The position numbers and the translations under genes are program-made. From Acidimicrobiia bacterium (GTDB taxonomy: Bacteria > Actinomycetota > Acidimicrobiia > Spongiisociales > ZC4RG35): 64,000 nt of DNA. The notes beneath the pieces are model-generated. The model did not search any database and had not been told where the DNA came from. It saw nothing but the letters and a program-made list of their open reading frames with translations. The DNA lies in the NCBI GenBank assembly GCA_028285585.1, contig JANQOU010000008.1, positions 116,298-180,297 on the forward strand. Direction: 5' to 3'. Each line of letters starts with the position of its first letter. Position 1 is the stretch's first letter. Positions 36,701 to 44,907 of the stretch are shown piece after piece.

Positions 36701-37576
36701 TTGAGTGTCCAAGTTGCTCTCGACATTTTCAGCGGAAGACCCAACCCCACAGTCACCCTCGAAGGAAGGGAGGCGGCTTCTCTGCTCGAGCGAGCCCAGC
36801 CAACTGTCCGGATCGAACTAGACGAATCCCCTACACCTCCGCCAACTCTGGGTTACAGGGGAATCCTCATCGACCAAGACGAGACAGCTGACCTGCCGCG
36901 CCTGAGCCGCATTCGCGACAACCGCCTCTTTGGGGCCGGCCTCGCTCATCATGCGCGCGACGAGAGCCTCGAAGAATTCTTGATCAGCGACGAAGGCCCC
37001 TTTGCCCAAACCGAAACCGGGATTGAGGTGCTATCCGACCTCAGCGAGCTGCGAGACAAGGCTCTGACCACTGACTGGTCTGACTGGTCCTGGCTAGATG
37101 ACATCATCATCCCCCCATGGCCGGCTCCGTGTAAGTGCGGGCCGATCTATGAGCCGTCATGGTGGAACGTCCCAAGCCGCCAGCCTTATAACAACTGTTA
37201 CAACTATGCGACCAACTATCGGACCGACACCTTTGCGCAGCCTGGCCGAGCCAACGGAGCGATGTACAGCTCCCTCACCTGCAGGTCCGTTCAGCCGGCT
37301 GCAGTCGCCGACAAGCTCATCGAGTCACCTGACGCTGACAATCGGTGCCCTGAAGAGGGACACCTCGTCGCGCTTGTCGTCTGGCCTGGTGGGGACTACC
37401 ACTGGTATCGGAAGGGTGAGGACGGTTGGTGGACTCACAAGCCTGGCAGTACCGCCGTGACCAACCTGGACAACTCCGGAAAGAAAATCGTCGACCCGAG
37501 AACAGCCGACCGAGGCCCATACACTGAGTTCTGCACCTTCATGGTGGTCATGCATGGGCACATCAAGATCGGGTAA
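36701..37576 (+). CDS. Two-domain protein: N-terminal SGRPxP...LGYRG domain + C-terminal papain-fold (protein-glutaminase-like) Cys/His/Asp domain
   Basis: C-domain blocks YNNCYNYA, GHLVALVVW / GWWTHKPG and KKIVDPRTA recall protein-glutaminase DGCYARAH, WSYHVAILV, KRIIDPSLF. No signal peptide. Confidence 0.6.
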   Translation: MSVQVALDIFSGRPNPTVTLEGREAASLLERAQPTVRIELDESPTPPPTLGYRGILIDQDETADLPRLSRIRDNRLFGAGLAHHARDESLEEFLISDEGPFAQTETGIEVLSDLSELRDKALTTDWSDWSWLDDIIIPPWPAPCKCGPIYEPSWWNVPSRQPYNNCYNYATNYRTDTFAQPGRANGAMYSSLTCRSVQPAAVADKLIESPDADNRCPEEGHLVALVVWPGGDYHWYRKGEDGWWTHKPGSTAVTNLDNSGKKIVDPRTADRGPYTEFCTFMVVMHGHIKIG

Positions 37577-37901
37577 CTGGACAGCAACGGCCCACCTGCA
37601 CTCTGGCCGCCCGGACCCGGCTTGGACAGTCCCAGAACAGCAGGCTGTGGAACTCATCAATAAGTGGCAGGGTCTGCCTACGGCAGCCTCCTCGTCATCG
37701 CCGGGCAGCCAACTCGGCTATCGCGGAGTCAGTCTCGCGGGACCGGGCGAAGAGACATGGACTGCGGAACGAGGTGTGGTGACCAAGACACACAGCGGGG
37801 GCCACCGGAAGGATGCAGGACGGGAATGGGAACGTGCCCTGCTCGAGACTGCACCCCAAGGACTTCTTCCACCCGTCGATCTGTCGGACCGGTCAGCTTG
37901 A
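37554..37901 (+). CDS. Stand-alone paralogue of the N-terminal domain of the preceding protein
   Basis: HSGRPDPAWTV...SQLGYRGVSL...GHRKDAGREWERALL parallels FSGRPNPTVTL...PTLGYRGILI...HHARDESLEEFLI; overlaps upstream gene by 23 nt. Confidence 0.55.
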   Translation: MGTSRSGNWTATAHLHSGRPDPAWTVPEQQAVELINKWQGLPTAASSSSPGSQLGYRGVSLAGPGEETWTAERGVVTKTHSGGHRKDAGREWERALLETAPQGLLPPVDLSDRSA

Positions 37902-37956
37902 ACTGGGCACCTGGGCGACTGTCGGCAGCAACACACGCCAGCCGAAGCACACAAGG

Positions 37957-39006
37957 CTATTTGGTGCTGATTGTGTAGCCGTCTCCGGGTGTGGCGACAA
38001 CTGGTGTCGTCTCACCGTGAGGGACAACTTCGATAGGCGTCTTCTTCGACAGCGTCCCAGACACTTTGAACTCGATCCGAGTAGTGGTCCACAAAGAAAC
38101 AGTGACACTGCCCTTGCCGAATGACAATGTGCCTTCTGGCATCGGTAGATACGAGCCCTCTATGGCATACGTCGTCCCGGGAACGAGCGCCGTCGGCGCT
38201 GGCTCAGTCGATCCACCAGTCGTGTACACGCCAGTGATAGTTGGCGTCCGTTGGAGGACAGACTGAAGCCACGAGACCAACTGGTTGTAAGCCGGATTCG
38301 ACTCCGCTGAGTCCAGGTCTGTCGCATACTCGCGAATGAACGTGGGGGTGACAAAGAGGTACGTGTCCTTGTGGAGTTGCCACGTCGTGTGCACTGTCTC
38401 TTCCTTGAAGCAGGGGCCGATCTTCAAATACTGCTTGTTGATGTCGACGTCGGCGTAGACCACCAATGCACTGACTATTGGCATGCCGAGCAGGTACTCA
38501 CAGACGAAAACGATGTTGGCGACTTTGCTATCCACAGAGGAGTGGGACTCGCTGATCGCCAAACCCTCCCGGCCGAGAGAAGCCACCATGGCTGACGCAA
38601 AAGACATCTCGCCGGCACCTGTGGCCAACCCGAGTAGCGCCTCGATCATCTCCTTCGAGAAGTCCATCCCGAAGCTGCTGGACTTGTACGTGACGTCCTC
38701 TTCCGTCACGTGGACGAACAGGCCGGATCCACTGATGACGTTGTTGAGAGCCGTGTAGTTGTAGATCGAATAGGGCTTCTTGGTGACCGGGTTGATAGTC
38801 GTCGAGATCGCCTTGGTCATCGCAGCGAAGAAGACCGAAACCTCGGCAAAGATGTCTTGCACCGACTTCTCGATGGGCTCGTTCGAGTCGACAGTGCTGG
38901 AGATCATGATGTTGCCGGTCTCGTTGAAGATGTAGTACTTCGTTGCCTCGAGATTGTGCGGGTCTCGAGATGGGACCTTCAGTGGCGTGGACTTTGTTTC
39001 AGCCAT
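37957..39006 (-). CDS. Hypothetical 349-aa protein: unknown ~260-aa N-domain + C-terminal beta-sandwich-like tail
   Basis: AGGAG 7 nt upstream of ATG; no signal peptide or TM; no family recognised. The last ~90 aa (TITGVYTTGG...IEFKVSG...) look Ig/IPT-like. Confidence 0.6.
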   Translation of the reverse strand: MAETKSTPLKVPSRDPHNLEATKYYIFNETGNIMISSTVDSNEPIEKSVQDIFAEVSVFFAAMTKAISTTINPVTKKPYSIYNYTALNNVISGSGLFVHVTEEDVTYKSSSFGMDFSKEMIEALLGLATGAGEMSFASAMVASLGREGLAISESHSSVDSKVANIVFVCEYLLGMPIVSALVVYADVDINKQYLKIGPCFKEETVHTTWQLHKDTYLFVTPTFIREYATDLDSAESNPAYNQLVSWLQSVLQRTPTITGVYTTGGSTEPAPTALVPGTTYAIEGSYLPMPEGTLSFGKGSVTVSLWTTTRIEFKVSGTLSKKTPIEVVPHGETTPVVATPGDGYTISTK

Positions 39007-39077
39007 CGGATCACTCCTAGATCGCCCGTGTAGACCAATCGGGTGCCGATGCGCGTCGCAACCGGCTCCTCACTCTT

Positions 39078-39105
39078 CTATTTGTCTGCCGTCCCAAGAT
39101 CATTG
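39078..39105 (-). promoter_or_regulatory. Shared promoter-like motif CAATGA-N14-ACAAATAG (copy upstream of 349-aa gene)
   Basis: Minus-strand reading, about 70 nt upstream of ATG 39006. Confidence 0.35.
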
Positions 39106-39140
39106 CGACCTATGGAGAAGCTGGTGAGATGGAGGCACTG

Positions 39141-39392
39141 CTAACAGTCAGGCAAGTTGTCGAGATTGTTTGAGTGGGTGCCATCAGCGACGGTCTTCAG
39201 GTGCCCGTCAATGGTCACATACACCTCGGTGTGAGTCCCGGCCTCGTCCACGAAGTACTTGTGCAAACCACTCTTTATGTCGCTGACGGCATCTGCCTTC
39301 GATCTCGGCGACCACAACTCCCCCGTGTTGCACAGAGCTGTGATGTCACCATCTGGATCCTTGCCCGTCTGTCGTACTCGTCGCTCGGCCAT
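39141..39392 (-). CDS. DUF3892-domain protein
   Basis: 83 aa; GDITALCN...WSPRSKADAVSDIKSG...NNLDNLPDC matches my memory of DUF3892 proteins. Confidence 0.7.
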   Translation of the reverse strand: MAERRVRQTGKDPDGDITALCNTGELWSPRSKADAVSDIKSGLHKYFVDEAGTHTEVYVTIDGHLKTVADGTHSNNLDNLPDC

Positions 39393-39419
39393 GAGACACC
39401 TCCTCGTCGTCCCAAACTC

Positions 39420-39447
39420 CTATTTGTCGAGTGTCGAATCGCTATTC
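39420..39447 (-). promoter_or_regulatory. Shared promoter-like motif GAATAG-N14-ACAAATAG (copy upstream of DUF3892 gene)
   Basis: Minus-strand reading; ACAAATAG ends 27 nt before ATG 39392; GAGGAGG lies between. Confidence 0.45.
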
Positions 39448-39611
39448 ACCCAAGTGGCTTGGGGGCATCCAATGACACGCACATGCGACCACGGCCGCCG
39501 TCGCCTCCCTCTCGAGATCGAATAGGACTGCGGTCTCTGAGAGAACCTCCAGGAGCGAGGCCATACCCCAATTCCGGGTCTGGTGAGCAAGCGACAATTC
39601 GATGGCGTTCC

Positions 39612-40304
39612 CTAGTCGCAGGCGATCGCCCGGTCGATTCCTTCGAGCAGCAAATCGAGCCCGAACTCGAAGGAGTCACCGAAGTCGTACCCGGGCTTCA
39701 TCACATGCTCCTGACTGAGCTCAGCAACGTGCGGATATTCCGCCAGGAAGTCGCTCTGGTCCATCTCAGCAGCGATGTCCGCCATGTCCTTGTCCCCTGA
39801 CGGAAGGGTGGATTCTTCGAACGCGAAGCCGTAGACGAAGCTGTCCAGGATCGCGTAAGCGTGAGCAGTCAGCTCGATCGAAAGCCCTCCCCGGCGAAGA
39901 CAGCCGATCACAGCGTCGTGATGACCAAGATTGGCGGGACCGGGCACGGGCCTCGACTCCATGAGTGGTGCCGCCCAAGGATGCCGTCCCAAAGCAGCCC
40001 TCGCCGACAGGCAGCGCCTGCGAATTGCCGTCTTCCAGTCTTCGTCCTCAGATGGCAGCTCGATCTCACCGAACACCACTTCCACCATCCCGTCCACGAT
40101 CTCGTCCTTCGACGAGAGGTAGTGGTAGATGTTCATCGGGGCCACCCCGAGTGCGGTTGCCAGCTTGCGGATCGTGAAGTCCTCCATGCCGCTCACGTCC
40201 GCCAGATCCACTGCCGCTTTGAGGATGCGCTCCCTGGTCAGCTCCCTGGTCAGCTCCCTGCTCTTCTTCGTTCCTATCCCGGCTTTTCCTTGTCGAGTTG
40301 ACAT
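39612..40304 (-). CDS. TetR-family transcriptional regulator
   Basis: HTH FTIRKLATALGVAPMNIYHYLSSKDE plus TetR C-terminal domain. ATG 40304 preferred over 40334, which would run through the operator. Confidence 0.9.
   Translation of the reverse strand: MSTRQGKAGIGTKKSRELTRELTRERILKAAVDLADVSGMEDFTIRKLATALGVAPMNIYHYLSSKDEIVDGMVEVVFGEIELPSEDEDWKTAIRRRCLSARAALGRHPWAAPLMESRPVPGPANLGHHDAVIGCLRRGGLSIELTAHAYAILDSFVYGFAFEESTLPSGDKDMADIAAEMDQSDFLAEYPHVAELSQEHVMKPGYDFGDSFEFGLDLLLEGIDRAIACD
40231..40260. repeat. 12-nt tandem repeat (tccctggtcagc x2.5) inside tetR
   Basis: Encodes RELTRELTRE near the N-terminus. Confidence 0.85.
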
Positions 40305-40305
40305 A

Positions 40306-40320
40306 TCGTACTTAGTACGA
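40306..40320. promoter_or_regulatory. Perfect 15-bp palindrome TCGTACTTAGTACGA (TetR operator candidate 1)
   Basis: Immediately upstream of tetR start, in divergent region. Confidence 0.65.
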
Positions 40321-40338
40321 ATACGGTGTCGCAAGTAA

Positions 40339-40353
40339 TCGTACTAAGTACGA
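40339..40353. promoter_or_regulatory. Perfect 15-bp palindrome TCGTACTAAGTACGA (TetR operator candidate 2)
   Basis: 33 nt from copy 1; differs only at the central base. Confidence 0.65.
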
Positions 40354-40419
40354 ACATCCCTCGAGGAGAGACGAAATGAACATCATCACCACATCGGGAA
40401 AGACATCCGGAGCCCGGCG

Positions 40420-41160
40420 ATGACCGCCTCCACCACACACAAGGCCGCCGGGTCACTTCGGCCATACGCCGTGATTGCCGGGGTCGGGTACGTCCTCTTG
40501 TTCGTCTTGGGCGTGTTCGCCAACTTCTTCGTGCGAGAGAGCTTGATCGTGTCGGGTGACGCTGCGGCCACCGCCGCGAACATCACCGATTCGATCGGCC
40601 TGTTCCGGGCCGGGATGGTCGCCTTCGCCGCGATCTTGGTGATCGATGTCATCGTGGCTTGGGCTCTCTATGTGCTCTTCAAGCAGGCGAACGCCCACCT
40701 GTCACTGCTCACGGCCTGGTTCCGGATCGTCTACTCCGTGCTCCTCGGCGTGGCACTGGTCTTCTTCTTCCAAGCCCTCCAACTGCTCCAACACGATGCA
40801 TTCACAGACGTCTTCACCACGGATCAGCTGAACGCCCAGGCACTCGTGGCCCTTGACACCTTCAACTCGACGTGGCTGATCGGACTGCTCACATTTGGTG
40901 TGCATCTGGTACTGCTCGGCCTGCTTGTGGTCCGCAGCGGGATCACAAGCAGGACTCTCGCTGCCGTGCTGATGGTGTCGGGCGCGGCGTATGTGATCGA
41001 CACAGTCGCACACGTATTGCTCAGCAATTACAACGACTACGAGACCTTGTTCGTGACGATCGTCGCCATCCCATCGATTCTCGCTGAGGGCTGGTTCGCC
41101 CTGTGGCTGCTGCTTCGAGCCGGCCGGAGCCAGGACGGCGCCCACACGGAGCGGTCCTGA
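40420..41160 (+). CDS. DUF4386-family membrane protein
   Basis: 246 aa, about 6 TM, N-terminal pattern typical of DUF4386; divergent from tetR. Confidence 0.65.
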   Translation: MTASTTHKAAGSLRPYAVIAGVGYVLLFVLGVFANFFVRESLIVSGDAAATAANITDSIGLFRAGMVAFAAILVIDVIVAWALYVLFKQANAHLSLLTAWFRIVYSVLLGVALVFFFQALQLLQHDAFTDVFTTDQLNAQALVALDTFNSTWLIGLLTFGVHLVLLGLLVVRSGITSRTLAAVLMVSGAAYVIDTVAHVLLSNYNDYETLFVTIVAIPSILAEGWFALWLLLRAGRSQDGAHTERS

Positions 41161-41230
41161 AGGGCCCAGTCAGCATGCGTGGAGCGTCGAGACCGCGAAG
41201 ATGTTCACCTCCAAACGGAACGCGACAGCT

Positions 41231-42163
41231 TCAGTCCTTGGTTGCTCCGGTCAGCGAGCCGGTAATCACATACTTCTGAGCCAAGATGAAGACGATGGCC
41301 ACGGGGATGGCCAAGATCAGCGAAGCCAGTGCCACCTCCGGCCGCTTGATTGGTGTCGAACCCAGGAAGGTGGGCCTCAGCGCGCTCGTCGACTGAACAA
41401 GTGCATTGAGACCTACAGGAAGATTGATCGTGTCCGCGGAATTCAGCATCACGAACGGCAAAAAGAACCGATTCCAGTTCACCGTGAAATTCAGGAACGC
41501 GAGCAACCCGAGAAGAGGCTTGGAAAGAGGCAGCCCGACCTTCCTGAAGGCTTGCCAATGACTCGCGCCATCGATGGAAGCTGCCTCCAAAAGGCTCGGC
41601 GGGAGAGATCTCCTGTAGTAGATGTACGCAAGATATGTCCCGAACGGGAAGAAACCCATCGGCAAAATGACCGAAATGGGTGTGTTGAGGAGCCCAACAA
41701 AGTTCATTCCCAAGAAGAGCGGAAGTACCGTCGCCGAGACCGGAAGGATCATGGTCACAAGCGTCAGCGCGAGGATAGCGCGCTTCCCGGCGAAGTCCCG
41801 CGTGGCAAGTCCGTAGCCAGCGAGGATCGACGTACCGACTGCGATGACAAGAGCGGTTAGGGCATAAACAAGAGACCGAAGTGCCCAATCAAGAATGGCG
41901 CCGTCGTTGAAGCTGTAGAGATCAGTCCAGGTCTCCCCTAGTTGCTCCCATGAGCCCCACGCCAACGGCGCACGATCCAGAAGCTCATTGTCCGTCTTGC
42001 TGGGCGCTAGCACGAGCCAGATGACCGGCACTACCCAGAAGACGGCAAATATGGCCAGAACGATCCGTCGGACGATATTGGTGTGCCATGGCAGACGCTC
42101 CCCGATGGCAAGTCGAGGACCAGTCCTGTCCCCAAGGATGCGACGACGCGAAGACAAAGCCAT
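41231..42163 (-). CDS. Carbohydrate ABC transporter permease (MalG type)
   Basis: EAA-loop region LLEAASIDGASHWQAFRKVGLP. ATG 42163 overlaps upstream TAA by 1 nt; the longer ORF-track start overlaps the upstream permease. Confidence 0.85.
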   Translation of the reverse strand: MALSSRRRILGDRTGPRLAIGERLPWHTNIVRRIVLAIFAVFWVVPVIWLVLAPSKTDNELLDRAPLAWGSWEQLGETWTDLYSFNDGAILDWALRSLVYALTALVIAVGTSILAGYGLATRDFAGKRAILALTLVTMILPVSATVLPLFLGMNFVGLLNTPISVILPMGFFPFGTYLAYIYYRRSLPPSLLEAASIDGASHWQAFRKVGLPLSKPLLGLLAFLNFTVNWNRFFLPFVMLNSADTINLPVGLNALVQSTSALRPTFLGSTPIKRPEVALASLILAIPVAIVFILAQKYVITGSLTGATKD

Positions 42164-43086
42164 TACGTCCTGAACAAATCCGTGAAGCGGAGCACAATCG
42201 CGGCGGCAAGCAGCCCGACTATCAACATCGCGAGAGAGATCACAGCTGCCACGCCAAAGAGCCCGAGCTCGAACGCGAATGAAAAGGCGAGCTGGTTGGG
42301 AGACCAGGTCGGACTGATCGGGGCCACCGCTGCAGCTTTCAGGACTTGTGGTTCCGCGAACAGTTGAACATTGCCCGCAAAGACGATCACGAGCATGTAG
42401 ATGATGTATGGCTTGATCATCGGGACCTTGAGATGCCAAGCCAGTTGCCACGGCGATGCACCGTCAACCACAGAAGCCTCGATGAGTTCCTGAGGAACGG
42501 CGTTGAGCCCACCGTAGAAGATGGCAATCCAGGCACCGGCCCCGGCAAAGAAGCTGATGATCATGAAGATCGTCGGAAGGTTGCCCTGAGAAAGTGTGTT
42601 CACCACGCTCTCATTGCCGAGCATTCTCAACAGTGGGGCAAACGGACTGACGTTGGGGTCAAACATGAAGATGGTGAGTAGAACGGCTGGGACACCTGCA
42701 AGTGCCGCCGGGACGAAGTACAAGGTCCTCAAGACCGCAGCGCCCCGAGACCTGCGCATATGGAGAAGGACGGCCAGCAGCGTCACGAGAAAGACTCCAA
42801 GTGGCACCGACACGGCCAGGAATTTCGCAAGATTGAGCGTTACTTCACCGAGACGGAAGTCCGTGAACGCAATGCGAAAGTTCTCCAAACCCGCCTCGAA
42901 GAAACGAGGTGTTCCTTGATCGAACTCGGCAAACAGCAAGAAGACGGCGTACACGCCCGGGAATACGCCAAAGAGAACAAGGAGCACCAGATAAGAGCTC
43001 GTAAATGCAAGGCCGCTCAGATCCCGCGAGGTGCCCGCTTGTCGCCGATCGTTCGCAAATCCCTCGATTCGAGAAACTCGCCGCAT
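42163..43086 (-). CDS. Carbohydrate ABC transporter permease (MalF type)
   Basis: LIEASVVDGASPWQLAWHLKVP EAA loop, 6 TM. Confidence 0.85.
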   Translation of the reverse strand: MRRVSRIEGFANDRRQAGTSRDLSGLAFTSSYLVLLVLFGVFPGVYAVFLLFAEFDQGTPRFFEAGLENFRIAFTDFRLGEVTLNLAKFLAVSVPLGVFLVTLLAVLLHMRRSRGAAVLRTLYFVPAALAGVPAVLLTIFMFDPNVSPFAPLLRMLGNESVVNTLSQGNLPTIFMIISFFAGAGAWIAIFYGGLNAVPQELIEASVVDGASPWQLAWHLKVPMIKPYIIYMLVIVFAGNVQLFAEPQVLKAAAVAPISPTWSPNQLAFSFAFELGLFGVAAVISLAMLIVGLLAAAIVLRFTDLFRT

Positions 43087-43191
43087 CTCTTTCAGTATCC
43101 CATCTCGCAGAGGTTGCCGCCCAAGCTCCGACAGAGGTCGGTGCTCTCTGGGAAGAGAGCACCGACCTCTAGATGGACGCGACTGGTGTTG

Positions 43192-44595
43192 CTAACGGGC
43201 CGGCTCTGAGTCGATCAGCGCGTAGCCATTGAGCTCGGCAAGAGACCGAAGAGGCTCTTCGAGATCGCCAAAGACTTCCGCAACAGTGCTTCCAGACTGA
43301 ACCGGGCCGATGACAAGGTCCACAAACGTCCCGAGGTAGTCGTATCGGACGCTGCCCCAGGATGGATCCAGCAGATCGGCTGCCTCGGTCACAACCGACA
43401 CCACATCATTCGCGTAGAGCGGGTTGTCGTTGATGTTGCCTGCCCATGCCGGCGCCGCTGGTGCGTACGCCGGATAGCCACCTGCCACACCTTGGAAGAT
43501 GGGCGAGGTGGTCACCCACTCGACGAAGTGAGCTGCGGCTTCCGGGTGCCCAGTGTGCTGGGAGACAGCCCAAGCTGCGCCTCCGCGAGCACCGGTCCAA
43601 GCAACGTCCTCACCTTCCCAGAGGAGCGGAGGTGCTGCCCCAACCTGACCTTCGCCGGTTTGGTAATAGAGCCCATCCTCACGCCCTTGGAAAACGAACT
43701 CTCCGTACCAGTTCGCGGCCGGAAAGAGGAGCCACTCATCGTTCTGGATCTTCTCAACAAACGCTGGATCGAATGGCCCAACCTTCGAAAGCACGCCGAG
43801 TTCGATCAAGTTGTCTGCCATCTCGGTGACTCTCGTGCAACGCTGGTCGGCCAGATCAATGAAGACGCCACCCTCTCCGTCGAGAACCTGCACTGGGCAG
43901 CGCGACGGCCAGTAGTAGGTGTCGAGAGCCTGTTCGTCGCCGAAGGCGCCAATCAGGAATCCCGGATGGTCTGCGGCAACCTGCTCACCGAAGGCTTCGT
44001 ACTCTTGCCATGTGGTGGGAAGCTCGTACCCGAACTCTGCCATCTTCGGCGCGTTGTACCAGACCACCATGTGGGCGATGTCGTTACGAAGACAGAGCAC
44101 TCGGTCACCGTCCAAGCACGGGGCAATACCACCCGGATAGAAGCCGTCGACCACACCGTCGGAGAGATAGGGGGTCAGGTCGAGCGGATAGTCATGTTGC
44201 TCATCCGCCGCCCGCGCCAGGATCTCAGGCTCTGCGAACATCACGTCTGGCCATCCTTCACCAGCCGCGTTGAACAACAGAACCTGTGCTGGGAACTCGC
44301 CGCGGTCTACAAACTCGTACTCGATGTTGGCATCTGGAAATGTCTCCAGATAGAGCGTGACGGCCTTCTCACGCGGCGGATCGATCCACACCTTCAGCGG
44401 CTCATCAATCACCCACGGCTGATCTGAACCGCTCGGTTCTGAACCAGAATCCGTCGCCTGGGTCCCTTCACTCGATGTCGTTCCGGTTACCTCATCGACT
44501 GTCGTTGTCGTCTCAGCAACTCCGCCGCTACACGCAGCAGCGACGAGCGCAAGTACGAGAGCGACGATGATGAGACGGCTTGCTCGAATTGTCAT
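43192..44595 (-). CDS. Sugar ABC transporter substrate-binding lipoprotein (family 1)
   Basis: Lipobox LVAAACSG, 467 aa, family-1 SBP character. Confidence 0.8.
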   Translation of the reverse strand: MTIRASRLIIVALVLALVAAACSGGVAETTTTVDEVTGTTSSEGTQATDSGSEPSGSDQPWVIDEPLKVWIDPPREKAVTLYLETFPDANIEYEFVDRGEFPAQVLLFNAAGEGWPDVMFAEPEILARAADEQHDYPLDLTPYLSDGVVDGFYPGGIAPCLDGDRVLCLRNDIAHMVVWYNAPKMAEFGYELPTTWQEYEAFGEQVAADHPGFLIGAFGDEQALDTYYWPSRCPVQVLDGEGGVFIDLADQRCTRVTEMADNLIELGVLSKVGPFDPAFVEKIQNDEWLLFPAANWYGEFVFQGREDGLYYQTGEGQVGAAPPLLWEGEDVAWTGARGGAAWAVSQHTGHPEAAAHFVEWVTTSPIFQGVAGGYPAYAPAAPAWAGNINDNPLYANDVVSVVTEAADLLDPSWGSVRYDYLGTFVDLVIGPVQSGSTVAEVFGDLEEPLRSLAELNGYALIDSEPAR

Positions 44596-44668
44596 GTTGA
44601 CTTCCTCCCTAAGGATGCGGCCCGTTGGCTGCGCCTATTCATCAAGCACCTTCTCGGTATCTGAATTA

Positions 44669-44682
44669 GATATCGATTTTTC
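44669..44682. promoter_or_regulatory. LacI-type operator-like site GATATCGATTTTTC
   Basis: Upstream of the SBP/permease operon. Confidence 0.4.
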
Positions 44683-44724
44683 CAAGCTGGAACACCGCAC
44701 TCCGCAGCGCAACGCCCTATTCAG

Positions 44725-44736
44725 GAAATCGATATC
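44725..44736. promoter_or_regulatory. LacI-type operator-like site GAAATCGATATC
   Basis: Upstream of the SBP/permease operon. Confidence 0.45.
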
Positions 44737-44907
44737 TCGAATATAGGCGGTTGTCGCCCCTGATGTCAACGGGCTCTCTTTCGGACACGATCGGCGACCG
44801 GCAGGCAGAACTGCGACAGTCGGATCAGAGAAGTGGTCGCGACCCAATCTCACTGTATGAAGACCGCATGCGACGATCGCCGCAGCAGAGGCAGCTCTCG
44901 GATCTTG

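Noticed and set aside
37957-39006. Bacterial gasdermin-like or pore-forming toxin interpretation of the 349-aa protein next to a papain-fold enzyme
   Set aside because: The genes are convergent rather than co-directional, and I recognise no gasdermin or pore-former sequence features. The idea is left as unknown function.
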